Positions 1 through 13,614 of a DNA stretch of 64,000 nucleotides are shown piece after piece (position 1 is the stretch's first letter; the number at the start of each line of letters is the position of its first letter). A model generated the notes under the pieces. It was not told where the DNA came from. It saw only the letters and a program-made list of their open reading frames with translations, and did not search any database. This DNA is from Octopus bimaculoides (taxonomy: Eukaryota), in NCBI RefSeq assembly GCF_001194135.2, contig NC_068984.1, positions 66,635,136 to 66,699,135 of the forward strand. The letters are read 5' to 3'. The position numbers and the translations under genes were made by a program.

Positions 1-340
1 TATATATATTCTACATACATACTTACATACATGTACATGTATAATACATAAGTGAAATTAAAGCACTAATGAGCTGTGAAAACAAAGTTCATGCAAGACA
101 ATAGAAAAAATTAAACATATATACAAATATTTTAATTGAATTGAAGTGGATATTCGTACAGAGGAAAATACATTTTAATTACTAAATTGAATCAGTCATC
201 AATTAATCAATTATTTAATTAATTGATGTTTGCTTATATAAGTTCCCACTATTCCTGAAGTAGTTCTGATTTCTTGTTGAATTCCTGCAGAGAATTATTA
301 TTCACAAGCTATAATTAATTAGTAATTGCAGCCAAAGAAA

Positions 341-380
<40 letters not shown>
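341..380. repeat. (AAT)n microsatellite
   Basis: Pure AAT run; explains the poly-Tyr ORF 315..548. Confidence 0.95.
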
Positions 381-383
<3 letters not shown>

Positions 384-1511
384 TAAACACAAATTAAAAA
401 ACAACAGAAACAGCAAAATACAAATGCAAATAAAGTAGAATAAAATATATATATATTTGTTTACATATATATATATAGGTATATTAATAAATACACAAGC
501 AAACAATAGTAGATTAACACTTGTTACAACAAAATAGGAAAAGGTCAATATATATGAAATAAGTAAAATACAATAAATGTATCACTTTATACATAAATTC
601 TAGAACTTTCTATAATTCTATAATGGGTTGCTAATTAATGATAACTGCTGTTAATTTTTTTCTTCTCATTTCACCTTGTTCCTCTTTTCTATTTTAATAA
701 TAATTTACATTGGATTATTTTTCAACAGTAATTGATATTATATATAATAAGGAAAAATGCTTCACTTCTTTAAATAGAATTAGTACTATTAGAGTAAGTC
801 CAAATTACAGTTTTCCTGTTTCATTCTCTTGACATTTTAAAGGTTTTTAAGTCAGTATTTATTCAAACAAACCTAAACATTAAGAAAATATAATTCAAGG
901 AACAGTTATCTAATTATTTCATATTACCTATTTTATGGAAATGGAAATTAATAAGTTAAAAATATGAAACATATTTTTTACATGATAAAACTATTTGTTA
1001 ATGAAACAGCCTTGGTTTTATGAATCACATTTTAAATTTCAGTTTTGGCTTCCATCTTTTTATATATAACGTATATGAAGTTATATACATTCATAATATA
1101 TGATTGGAACTGTGACTTTGATCTTGGTTTAGTACAAGCATAGACAACCTTACTTGAGAAGCAGACTACATGAGACATGGCTCATCATCAGAAAGGCTGC
1201 TTTATTATAAAAGTTGAAAGTAATTTTTCATTAAGTATACCATTCAGAACGTTCCATGATCCACAAGTTGCCATGATTGGTTTAGTGTGAAATAAGTAGA
1301 CAGCTAAAGAGATCTAGTTAGTCAAAGCAGTCTGTAGTCTCATGGCTTTCTGGTCATTTTACTGAGCTTATAGTCTGCTCATATTGAATATATAATACCT
1401 CTTAGTGGCTTTGCTAATCCAAGTAGGTCATATAGAGAATGCATTCAGTGAGCTATACACCCTTGTCTACAAATCTTTAGACTTTGTACATAATATATAT
1501 ATATATATATA

Positions 1512-1551
1512 NNNNNNNNNNNNNNNNNNNNNNNNNNNNNNNNNNNNNNNN
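1512..1551. other. Assembly gap (N run) between (TA)n and (CA)n
   Basis: N characters in sequence. Confidence 0.99.
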
Positions 1552-1612
1552 ACACACACACTCACACACACACACACACACATAAACACACACACACACA
1601 AATACACATATA

Positions 1613-2206
1613 GGCGCAGGAGTGGCTGTGTAGTAAGAAGCTTGCTTACCAACCACATGGTTCTGGGTTCAGTCCCACTGTGTGGCACCTTGGGCAAATG
1701 TCTTCCACTATAGCCTCAGGCCAACCAAAGTCTTGTGAGTGGACTTGGTAGACAGAAACTGAAAGAAGCTCATTGTACATATATAGTTATTGTTTTGTCA
1801 ACGCCCCCAGGCGAAGAAGTAGGTTCGCCCAAGACATATAAATAGAGGTAGTCTGGCTGTGGTAGGTGTGTTGAGTAGCAGTTGTGTAGCGGTTGAGTAG
1901 AGATCATCCAAAGGTGCTAGATAGCAGTAGCATTGAGACATAACATATATATATAAATATATATGTATATGTGTATATGTGGATGTATGTTTGTGTGTCT
2001 GTGTTTGTCTCCCCACTATCGCTTGACAACCAATGCTGGTGTGCTTATATCCCTGTAACCTAGCAGTTCGGCAAAAGAGACCGATAGAATATATACTAGG
2101 CTTACAAAGACTATGTCTTGGGATCGATTTGCTTGACTAAAGGTGGTGCTCCAGCATGGCTGCAGTCAAATGACTGAAACAAGTGAAAGAATAAAGGAAT
2201 AAAGAA
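1613..2206 (+). mobile_element. tRNA-derived SINE, window family A, full length, interrupted at 1791-1945
   Basis: Head GGCGCAGGAGTGGCTGTGTAGTAAG...GGGTTCAGTCCC (A/B-box-like), central TA/GT microsatellite, tail GACTGAAACAAGTGAAAGAATAAAG; co-linear with copies at 35158 and 41180. Confidence 0.9.
1791..1945 (+). mobile_element. Candidate solo LTR (TRIM-sized) inserted in the SINE central microsatellite
   Basis: Ends TGTTTTGTC...GACATAACA (TG..CA, 8/9 inverted match); TATAAATA at 1837-1844; absent from other family A copies; TSD not clean. Confidence 0.5.
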
Positions 2207-2270
2207 TATATATGTATATATATATATATTATATATATATATATATACATGTATACTCTAAGTGCATGTG

Positions 2271-2331
<61 letters not shown>

Positions 2332-3598
2332 CTATACACATTACATATAGACATACATACTACATATATATGGTCACTGTAAAAATTGAAAGCTTTAATT
2401 TCAAAATAGATTAACTCTTATCTGGTCCACATAGAAGAATAAATTTGTTCAGATTAATGTCAAGCAGTTGTTTTGAAGTTCACATTTTAAAGAAAGTTTC
2501 AAATTCAGTGGACATTGTAGTAATATTGTAACATCAGTTGTGAATATCTCCAATTATAGAAAGGAAATAAATTGTTTAAATTTGTGAGGGAAGTATTCTT
2601 TCATCAGTTACTGATTACTGCACCAAAATCGCTATTAAACAGTGGGTTGCAGTTTTATTGACTAATGAAAACTCCACATGTGGCTAACACACATCAAAGG
2701 GCATTACGTTATATGCAAGATATTACATTAGGGCTATTGTATAAAAAGAAATTTATCAATAGGTACATTAACTGATATTGATTTCTTTAAATTCAGATTT
2801 CACAATACAATATTCACCTCAATCAATATCATATCTGATTTATAAAGCTGCATGTAAAAGCCATCAGAATAGTTACAATTTAATCCTGCATTTCTGGTGT
2901 GAACTGCATAGTCAAGACAACGGAATAATGAGAGGAATGAATGCTGTTATTAACACTTGCTATATAGCTTCCTATTTATGCTATTTATGTCTTACAAAGG
3001 TGCTGTGAACATTTTTATTTCTATCAAGATATAAATAATCTTGAATATAAATATATTGTGGTTAAAGAATTGCCAAATTTTTTTTCTAATCTTAAAATAG
3101 GTTACTTCTTCCCTTAAAAAGAGGATAAACATAATTAAAAATAAAAGATAAAAATATGAATAATGCTTTATTTACTAACAAATTGTATGCATTTTGACAA
3201 AAAATATAGTCTCTAAGGGAATTCAACAATTCATATTTATTGCCAAAACATATCATCATTAATCCTTTGATCCAACCAATTGCATAATAGCATTCAGAGA
3301 AGCAAAGAAGAAATTACTTCATGACATATGTAGAATATCCACGACAGCAGCTATAAACTCTTTTGCAATATGTATCCTGTTTAAAAAATTTTTTTTTTTT
3401 TTATTTGCTTTAGTTTTTATTTTTTTTTACATTTACACTCTCACACATTAAATGCAGTTGCTGTTATTGAACATAAAGAAAGTAACGATGAAAATAAGCA
3501 AGTTTTAAAAGAAGAAAATGTATGAAAATACTGTTTCTGGCAAATAATTTTTGAAATAATGGATTAAGATGAGAGTGAAACTTAGATGTAGTTTCCTA

Positions 3599-3659
3599 TT
3601 ATTGTTATTATTATTATTGCTGTTATTGCCGTTGTTGTTGTTGTTGTTGTTGTTGTTGT

Positions 3660-3706
<47 letters not shown>
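3599..3706. repeat. Compound (ATT)/(GTT)n/(AGT)n microsatellite
   Basis: Direct reading. Confidence 0.95.
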
Positions 3707-6700
3707 TACATGTGTGTGTGTTTGCTATAAGGAAATTACTTATGTGTCTCTATAGAAATCTTCTAGATAGATTCTAGTTCAAACAGTTTGATACATATTG
3801 AATGCAGATGCTCTTAGATTGGAATAATAATAATAATAATAATGATAATAATAATAATAATGATAATAATAATGATAAAAGAAATAAGGTGTTGAATAAA
3901 ATAAGTCTTTCTATTATTATGAGAATTTTGATGACTGTTTCCCTTCTGAATCCAAATAGAATATACCATTGCCATTTATATAATGCTGTATTTTGAAATC
4001 CTTCACAAAAACTCTCCTCACTTTATATACATTCCTATTGAAGTATGTGTCTTCATGTAAGGTTGTGTATAAATGGTTTTCTTAATTTATTCTTATTCTC
4101 TAAGTAAGTGAACCACAAAGGTTTTGTTGAAGCTTTTCAGATATAGTGAATAGTAAATAAGTAACAGTCTAGCTAACTTCTGATTAACTGTTAAAAAATT
4201 TGTTTTAAGTGTATATGAAGAGAAATACATAATAAATAAAGGTGTTATGTAAAAAGAATATTATGAAGTGAACTTTGCAGTTCTAAGTAGTAAAGAGGCA
4301 CAGTAATTAAAAGGTTAAGAGTCTAGGCTACTACCATATATTAAACCATAAGTTTACAGCAGCTTGAAAACATTGTTTTGCACAAAACATATCTGTATCT
4401 TTCAGTTGAATTTCAAGTCGAGATTTAGCCTTATAAAGAATGTTCAGCCACAAAAGGATACATTATAAGAATCTTCACATAAATATGAAAGATTACAGAA
4501 ACTTTAAACTTATGAGAATATTAGGAAAAGTATATATCAAGGCATTAACTATAATGTGAATATTGTTCTTTTGCATACATTATGTATGATTGTGCATAAC
4601 TACCATTCTACCATGTATCTAATGCATGTGTGTGTGTGTATATTGAACTGTAGCCTTTCATAACTATCCATCCCTCTCACTTTCTTTACTCTGTACCAAG
4701 ACTGTATCCCTCATTCTTCTTCCTCTTCCATCATCTTGCTATCAACCCAATCATTCTGTTTCCCACTCTATACTCAGGTCCCTTTTCCCACCCCATCTTA
4801 GCTTATCTTTTGCAATCACTTTCTTGTTACATGATCGTGTTACATGGAATAAAAGGTAGCAACATTGAACAGTAAGGATAAAATTTTGTCATGCAGGATA
4901 CACAGTAATCCTGCCAGTGCTGGGACATCAATATCATGCACTCCACAAATTCTGTAATGTTGTGGAACAAGAAAACTCTGAGTTGAGACAATCCTTTACT
5001 CCTGTCCTATGATGGACAGGCAACCTCTTTTGTGCTGACATTTGTATAAAATGCACAAAGTACACTCACTCATATAACTATCTGTACGTGTGTGTGTGCA
5101 TGCATGCATGTGTGTGTGTCTGTGTGCGTGATGATATGATGACTGTTGACTCATATCATCACTTCTTGATTACTTTGAGATCACTTCTTGATTACTTTGG
5201 TTTATTATTATTATTATTATTATTATTATCATTTTCAAAGACAAACTTATCTCCACCTTTTATGCAACCATATATGTGACTGAAGACTGGATATGGTTCC
5301 CGCTTATATACACCTCCTGTGTGATTAAACTTATTTCATTATTGCAGATATGCATTATGCACTCAGACTGCTTCAGCAAAGGGTTTACTGCCTGATTGTG
5401 GTTTCTAGATGTTTGAATCCTGACTTGCAATGAACTCTCTGAGATTGAAAACTGATATATCAGTAATAGCAGATACTACATACTTGAGTAGCTTGAAGGA
5501 AATTAGATCATGTTAGTTGTTTAGAGAGCTAACCAAGAAGTACCTGTGCTGATGAAAATATTTAGTGTGTATGTGGCTTACATTGAATTATCTCCACATT
5601 CTGGAAATTATACACATGTATGTATTATATCACATCATATTATATTTATATGCACACACACTTACAGATGTTATTGTTCTCCAGATAAGCTTTAACTATA
5701 TAAGGTATATGTAGTTCTATATGATAGGGTATCAAATTCTCCTTAACCATCGAAATGCATGAAGCTAAAGAAGCTTCTTTGCTTCTGTCAGATTCCTAAA
5801 GGAATACATCTGAAAATAAAAGCCTGGTTTAAAATGATTTGAGTTCATACTAAAATAAGCTTCAAATTTATTGTTAGCAGTGACTACACATTGATATATT
5901 ATATCTGTGGCAGACTGTCACTAGTACCAGTGAAATTACAAAGGTTAGTGCATTGTTATCTAATGGTTTTGTCATATTCATTAAGCATAGATGCATTAGA
6001 ATATGATAAAGTAGTGTTGAAGTTTGAGTTAATTGAATATAACAGTTTGGTAGCATATTTATCAAAGATCTGATGGTATATATTTAAGACATTTTATTTT
6101 AAATATTTTTAAATTCTGTGCTGAGATACTGCAGGGAGTGGGGACAGAGACAGGGAGTGGGTATTCACCTCTCTCCTGAAAACATACTAATACAGGCTAT
6201 AAATTTAATTTTTAAATGTAACAAGAGATTCTAATCTCCTTTGAAAGAAACATGTATATGCTCACAAAGAACATAACACTCAAGAATTATTACAAGAAAT
6301 TCTAGAAGAGCCTCGCCCATAATTTGGAAGATATCAAATTGGAAAACTGGTTTGAATTTATACCTAATAAATTACAAATCTGTATATGATTTCATCTCTA
6401 GTTCCATTCACAGTGATTATGAAAAAACTGTTTGGAACTTGCTAAATGACACTTATAATCTAGAGTAAAGCTGAATTTTGACCTACTTGTAAATGACTAT
6501 ATTGACCCCTTTCCCTCAAAGAACTCTTCTCCCATACCACACCACTGTTCAAGATCCACTAGATGGATTTTGGAAATAAACCTTGTGTGTGTGTGTTATA
6601 TTTATAGATATAAGCATAGGTATAGAATCTCACTCTTACTGAAAATAGAATGCAATTACTATTCAAATTAAAACCATTGACTGATATTTTCTAGTGAGTT

Positions 6701-8553
6701 GAGATTTGTGCTTTAACAAGTAAACAAATAATAAAAAGTAAAAACCTTGAATTTTCCATCTCTAATCTTTAATCAGCTTAGTTTATTTCTGGCAGGATTG
6801 TATATTTGATTTTGAAAGTATTCTAATGTAAATAAAATCAAATTAAAAACTGCTTAATATGTATATAAACAGAAACCCTTTTGGCTTTAGAAACTATCTT
6901 ATGTTTCCCTTCAGGCTGTGCAAAATCTACAGAAGGGAAAATGTACAAAAGATTTTCCTCCCGAAAGAAAAAAAATCTATTTCCTCTTGCTATATACATG
7001 GAGAATCATAGTTAATTCATCATTATTGATTCTCTTTTGCAATGTCTCCTCTCAACCCTTCTCTCTTTGTTTTTCCCTACCAACCTTTTCTCATATTTTT
7101 TTGTCTTCGCTTTTCTCCCTTTCTCTTTCTTCCTAGGCCAGAATATACAACATAAACATTTTATAAATAAATATAGAACAATTATTGTGTATAGCTGTAG
7201 TAAAGGTTGTTTTATCATTTTTCCTTCAATTCATTTATATTTTTAATATCCTTTTTTGTTTTTGTTGTCATTGTTGCTGGTTAGATGTAGAGAGAATATA
7301 CTAAATGTGCTGCAGTTTAAGATCTTTACACAAAAAGTTTTTGAACAAACTTTTGTGAAAATACTTTTATGGTGTGAAGAAGTGAAAACAGGAATGTAAG
7401 GTATTGAAGAGTTAAAATAATAATAAAAAAACTGAGAGAAAGGAATTGAAAAAAAAAACAAATAACAATGCAGTAAAACAACAATAACAACAACAATAGA
7501 AATGAGACATTTTTTTTGTAAAGGAGGGGCTTTGGAAAAAATAAAATAATACTGCCAAAAATAAAAGAAAGTTATGAGAAAAGAAGGAAACATAAATTAT
7601 TTAAAACAAAAGAAAAATACCAAAAGACAGAAAAGACAATAGAATTAGGAGGTGGGATGAGAAATTTATTATTTTCCTTGACCATTTTGCCAGAATGATA
7701 TTAAGGATTTGATTCCAAGGAATTTTATACTCTGTTACCCATTGACTTCTGTTCAACTAACAGCTATGAGAATAGATTGCCAAGGATAAAAATGTTATCA
7801 CTAAAATTTTAGAGCCAATTCTTGCTTTAATATTCTCTTTCTCTCAAGAGAGCTATTTTGCATTTGTTTTGTTTTTTTTAATTTTTGGCACTGTTTAACG
7901 ATGTGGGGGAATAGAAATGTACAGCTGAAGATTTGCTTGCTATCATTAATAAATTCGAGTTTGAAAGTTTAACTTGTAGATACTTTTATTTCTCTATGTA
8001 TATATCATCATTTATAGTAGTAGGAGAATTGTAGTGTTTGAATGTGTATGTCTATGTATATATATATGTGTGTAGATGACTCAGTGTTTATACATGTGTA
8101 TGTTATCTTGATTGTTGTGTAGTTCTAAGTCAGTTTATTGAATCACTCTATGCTCAAAAGCATTCCAAGCCATCCAGTCTTTTTCTCATGCATTGTAAAT
8201 TAAATACTCATCATCAGGTGTGTCACTTCCTTTTCAGAATAACAGGGTGTAACCAGTAAGATTTAGTTGTTACCTAGTCTTTGTAAGAGCTGCTAATTCA
8301 CCTTGATTTTTGCTTGTAGTCATGTGTTTCTGCATATCCATGTGCTGACATTTGTACATGTGTTTGTGTGTGTGTGCGTGTGTGTGTGTGTGTGTCTATA
8401 TATATGCACAAAGTCTGCACATGGGTCTGCATACATATATATTTATGCCTGTGTATTTACAGTTAAATGTCTTTTTGTGATATATACATAAATATATGTA
8501 TATACATCTATGAATATATATGTGTGTGTACATATATAAATGTGTATGTGTGC

Positions 8554-8618
<65 letters not shown>

Positions 8619-8648
8619 TATATTACAACAAAAATTTTAATTTTGGAC

Positions 8649-8699
8649 ATAGTTACCAAAAGTTTCATACCTACAAAGCCAAAGCTCCTCAGACTCTAT
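8649..8699 (-). ncRNA. Decayed type I hammerhead ribozyme motif (family HHR-1)
   Basis: Minus strand ATAGAGT-CTGAGGA-GCTTTGGCTTTGTAGGTAT-GAAAC-TTTTG-GTA-ACTAT; core retained, deletions in stem II and stem I. Confidence 0.7.
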
Positions 8700-8844
8700 A
8701 CAAAGACAAAAAATAAATAAAAAAATGGAGATGAGGAAATGCTGAGAAACTGAGATTTAAGTCTTAACATATAAAAACGTTAATGAGGACAGGTTGTCTC
8801 CCCTAAACCAGAGGATAAAACAATCCTTATAGACCTGAAAAAGC

Positions 8845-9040
8845 CTAACCAGCGAATGGAGAGATCCGATTTTCCAGTAGGTAGGGCTTGAAGTGGATAC
8901 ATTTAGAAAAAAACTTCTTTATGACTATTTAACACACCAGGTTTAGTATAGTTCTTAAGAATTTTAGCTCTCTCCACGATGCAGATTTTGCAATAGCCTC
9001 TACCATTAATATATGGGCCTGGATGATCTATCATTTTTCC
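8845..9040 (-). pseudogene. GIY-YIG endonuclease C-terminal remnant (PLE), one frameshift
   Basis: KMIDHPGPYINGRGYCKICIVERAKILKNYTKPGVLNSHKEVF/SKCIHFKPYLLENRISPFAG*; fits PLE motif W-x-I...PY...CxxC..E..IL...LN..E..SKC.H. Confidence 0.8.
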
Positions 9041-9063
9041 AAGGGACCCCTTGTGATATTGGG

Positions 9064-9258
9064 TGGAAAATAATAGATTATTCAGGCCCATATATTAATA
9101 GGAGTGGCTGTTGCAAAACCTGCATCAAAGAAAAAAACAAAATTCTTAAGGGCTATACTAAACCTAGTGTGTTAAATAGTTGTAAGGAAGATTTTTCTAA
9201 ATGTGTCTACTTCAAGCGCTACCAACTGGAAAATTGGCTCTCCCCATTTGCTGGTTAA
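9064..9258 (+). pseudogene. GIY-YIG endonuclease C-terminal remnant (PLE)
   Basis: WKIIDYSGPYINRSGCCKTCIKEKNKILKGYTKPSVLNSCKEDFSKCVYFKRYQLENWLSPFAG* (ORF 9013..9258). Confidence 0.82.
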
Positions 9259-9407
9259 GCTTTTTTTGGGTCTATAAGGGTTTTATCCTCTGGTTCAGGG
9301 GAGACAATCCGTCCTCATTAACGTTTCTATATGTTAAGTCTTAAATCTTGATTTCTGAGCATTTCCTCATCTCCATAATGTAGAAAGTTAAAAGTTTTTG
9401 TTTTTGT

Positions 9408-9472
9408 ATAGAGTCTGACAAGCTGTCCACAAAGCTCAAGCTTTGTGGATATGAAACCTTTGGTAACTCTAT
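9408..9472 (+). ncRNA. Type I hammerhead ribozyme motif (HHR-1), one core substitution
   Basis: Stem I ATAGAGT/ACTCTAT; core CTGACAA (vs CUGANGA); stem II TCCACAAAGC-TCAA-GCTTTGTGGA; GAAA; stem III ACC-TTT-GGT; cleavage triplet GTA. Confidence 0.85.
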
Positions 9473-9867
9473 GTCCAAAGTTAAAATTTTTATTGTAATA
9501 ATTTTCTGCACTATTCTTTAGAGTATGCTTCTTTTCTGACGTATGTTTTATTGACTATATATAGTTTAATTGTAAACCAAGCTTTTATTATTAGCAAAAA
9601 CATTCGATCTAGAAGTAGTTCGTCTTTCAAATGAGCTAAAATAAAATTTCAATGTTTAACCATTCTGTTCTTAGTCTTTTTAATAGTTTTGCCATAAAAA
9701 GCTCATTTATTGCTTTTTTTTTTTTTACTATTTTTTCACCTGCAGTATATCACTTGTCATTTATCACATTGTTTTATTTTTGATTTCAAAGTCTAAATAT
9801 AAAAAAAGGAATAAAACTTAATTTTTTTTCTGAAGAAAATTAAGCAGTTTTTCCAGAAAAAAGTCAT

Positions 9868-9910
9868 AAAATATTATATCAAGGTAAGACTTACCTTGAT
9901 ATAATATTTT
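9868..9910. repeat. Perfect 21-bp inverted repeat with 1-nt spacer
   Basis: AAAATATTATATCAAGGTAAG-A-CTTACCTTGATATAATATTTT. Confidence 0.95.
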
Positions 9911-12140
9911 TTTGTCATCTTAAAATCTTCTATGGCATGTCCATCTTGTATTTGCATGCTCATACATAACGATTCATATAATCACTATAATGCATTATTA
10001 TTATTATTATTATCATTATTATAATAAAATAATGTAGTGTAGAACATTAGTGTTTTCCAACCCATACAGTTTTGAATTGAAATACTGCTAAGATCAACTT
10101 TTATTTTCATTCCTTTGGAATTCAATCAAATTTGAACCAGTGATATGCAGTAAGTTGATGTAAATAACTAATAGCTCTGTCCTTCAACAATTGGCCTTGT
10201 GTTTAACTTTAAAATCAATAGAGAAATGTAGTTCTAATATGACAAGTTGTGGTCTTTATAGACAATTAAATTGGAAAATGTTGAGATACTTCTTTATTTT
10301 TTTAATTTTAGTTTTTTCATTTATCTCTTGTTTAAAATGTTTCCAAGAATATCCTTGTTCTTCAAGTTGACTATTTTTCTGGGGTCTTGGAGAAAATAAT
10401 TTTCAACCAAAACTCATTCACAGAAATAGACAAAAGCAAACAGAATATTGTGCTAAGTGAAAGGAGACAATGTTAATGAAGGGAATCAGATTTAAAACTT
10501 CACTTCTTAAACCATAATAATTCTATTATACCTTAACAGTTCAATCACTGTGCCCCATTATGTAAATAAATAAATAAATGAATGAATAATAAAGAAAATT
10601 ACAACCTAATACAATGATTCCATCTCTTCTTCCCTCATTTCCTTAATTGGAATTACTTCATTAGAAGTGAACTAGACTGTATCCAGCTTTGGAATTTATT
10701 TTATATTTATTTTTTGTTTCACAAGCTTTTCTATATGAACATTGATACCAAGTTTAAGCTTCATTCATGTGGAAGAATCGAAAGCCATTATGTATTGTTT
10801 TGTTTAATGCATTTCCAATTACCAAGAACTCTGATATGAAATGTTATGCTCAGATAGTTTATTACATTTTGGGTGTCATTTGCAATCTCATATGGCTTTC
10901 TATTACTCGATATCTTTTCTGCTTTAACATTTCTACATTACATCCCTGTATATTACCTGTCAACATATTATTGATTTGTAAAGAGGAAAAAATTAATTAC
11001 ACTTGTAAAAGAATTTTTTTTACTCTTGTTTATGAAATGTGTTTGTAAAAGTAGTATTGACGGGTAAGTGATAGATTCCAGACAAGACAAGACAAAATTT
11101 GGGTGCCAGTTTCAGCTCTGAGTCAAAACCAAGCCATGCATTTTTGCTGCTAGTGCTTCTGAGAAGATCATTAGAATCATAATATATATGATGGTCATTA
11201 TACAGGTATGTCCATAAAATGAAGAAGTGGTCTCTGTGCATATGTACTTTTGATTTAGATCCTACAATGCAATACCTAGGGCAAGTGTCTTCTACCATTA
11301 CCTTGGACTTACAGAGCCTAATATGGCAGATAAAAATTATGAGGAAGCCTATCAGAGAAATTGTTCCTGTTCATGCTTTCCAAACTTAATCCTTCACTCA
11401 GTTTAACACCTTTGTTCCTTTGAGTTGTTTTAACAGAGTCCACTCTGTTGCAAACATTCAGGCCAAATCTCCAGTTTTAGAAGAACTGTCCTTCCTCTTA
11501 TCAGTCTTAGAGATTGTGAAATGAGTTTTGGATGCTGCCTTTTTCTCTCTTGACAAAAGAATAAAAAATAGAATGGAGGCAGACAATTCCTTACTGTAAA
11601 GCTAGTTTGCTGTATTGAATTAAATTCCTTATGTGAGCAAAATTCCCAATAGACTAGCAGCTTATTCAAAAGACCAAAGTATTTTCCCAACTAAATACCT
11701 TTTCTTAAAACTGAAAGTAGCTCTACTAAATTACACCTGTGCACCTCGTCATCTCTAACAATAATGAAGTTGATGAAACTCTCCCAGTTACTGCTAATAA
11801 TTCCAAGTTGTGTGTGTGTGTGTGTGAGAGTAAATTTGTAAGTGTATCTGAATGTGTACATGCGTCAATAAATATGCATGTATTCCTCACAGGCATCCCT
11901 AAAACTTTAATCTGGTTATCAGTTTTACAACAGTACCATACTATACCATAAATAAACCCATATATTTTAACTGATTTAGCACACGAGAAGACAGCACGAA
12001 TGAGAAGGAAAAAACATCAAGTGACTGCAAAGTATTCCATTATTAGTTTCCATTTTCTTTTTTTTTTCCTTTATTTCAATCAAATAAAATTCTATATTGT
12101 CATTAATTGAATTGAAGATTACATTCATCACAATAATCTA

Positions 12141-12176
<36 letters not shown>

Positions 12177-12747
12177 TATTTTATTTCTACATTTTTGTTT
12201 TTTAACTCTTTCCTATTATTCATTTTTAATTTACTTGCCTCTTCAAGTTGAATATATAAATGTGTGTGTGTGGGTGTGTGAGTGTGTATGTGTGTGTTTG
12301 TGTGTGTGCATTGTGTATATGTTTATATTCAAATATAACCAATTGAAATTATTTAAAATATCTCCTTATTGCTGAATGTAATAACAATAAAATGGAAGTT
12401 ATTTATGTTTTTCTGAAGTGTATATAATATTATTTAATAATCAAATTAATGTGTCTTTGCAAAAGTTAATACTAGGTATTTTTTTCTTTAATGGCAGGAT
12501 GATATTTACCTTTTATTTTTGAAATTAAAGTTCTTTACTTCCTTGTAATTTTTACCAATTGAAATAATGTTGCTAAATATGCAATGAATAATAATAATAA
12601 TAGTAGTTACTTCCCCCCACCTCTAATGTACTGTATAAGTCATGTAATTTAACTGAGAATCTCTTACAATAATAAAATTAAAATACGTTGAAAATGAGTT
12701 TTAATAACTTTTGTAAGTAAAAATGGAACTTTTGAATTTTGAGAATA

Positions 12748-12790
<43 letters not shown>

Positions 12791-13208
12791 GTACGTTTAC
12801 CAAAACACGATGTATATACACTGATCACTAGATTAAATGCCAGAAATCATTGAAGTCTAAAGAATTACATTCAAGCTATGTTAGTGATGTGAGATCATGC
12901 AAGGTTTAGAAAGCAAGCAAAATACCAAAACTATAACTTTTCACTGGGTAACCATTACCCAGCATGGTTTTCCACTTGTGCTGGTCACTTCAGTCTCACT
13001 GAAATAAGATATAAAAACAACATGGTCAGAAAATGTTATCACTAATGTGTCTCAGTTACCAATATATTTTATTAGAAGCTACTCACAACAAATATACATG
13101 CGTATGTATATATATGTATGCATGTATGTTTGTATGCATGTACACACACACACAGAGAGAAACAGCTGCAGCAATAGCCAAACAAGTAAATGATAATGAT
13201 ATTAAACA

Positions 13209-13217
13209 TGATGATGT

Positions 13218-13278
<61 letters not shown>
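13209..13278. repeat. (GAT)n microsatellite
   Basis: Direct reading; explains poly-Asp ORF 13033..13287. Confidence 0.95.
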
Positions 13279-13614
13279 AGTTGGTGAAGCTGATGATCAA
13301 AATGAATAAAACTAGTTACAGAAAGGAATGGCCATTATTCAGTGTAGACTATATCAATAAAAGTATTGGTGAAATTGTTATTGTGAATAATGAGGTATGA
13401 ATGCTGTATTTAATGTTACACCTCTGCACTCTGATTTAAAATCCTGCTGAGAATGGATTTTTCTCTGCATCTATGTGTTGATAAAATATGTCGCCGTCAT
13501 GCATGAGGGTCAATTAAATCAGCTATATTGCCTCCTCCTATGTAAATCTACAGTTTTGTGCTAATATTCAGAAATAATTTTCTTTATTCTAATATTTTAG
13601 TAGTTTTTTTTTTA

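Larger units (their letters stand above)
8621..9500. mobile_element. Penelope-like element: head-to-head inverted pair of 5'-truncated 3' ends (~880 bp fold-back)
   Basis: 8621-9040 is the reverse complement of 9064-9500 (19 differences in a 110-nt sample, ~83%). Each arm reads outward as GIY-YIG C-terminus, 3' UTR, then HHR. Confidence 0.88.

Noticed and set aside
6915-7018. Possible terminal exon GCAKSTEGKMYKRFSSRKKKNLFPLAIYMENHS*
   Set aside because: No recognisable homology and no supported upstream exon
9361-9373. TTCCTCATCTC shared between the 9-kb PLE UTR and the flank of the 16-kb element (16066-16076, minus)
   Set aside because: 11-bp match on opposite sides of the respective HHRs; insufficient to claim a shared cis signal
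11020-11298. 92-aa minus-strand ORF with ordinary amino-acid composition
   Set aside because: No domain motif and no flanking splice sites on that strand
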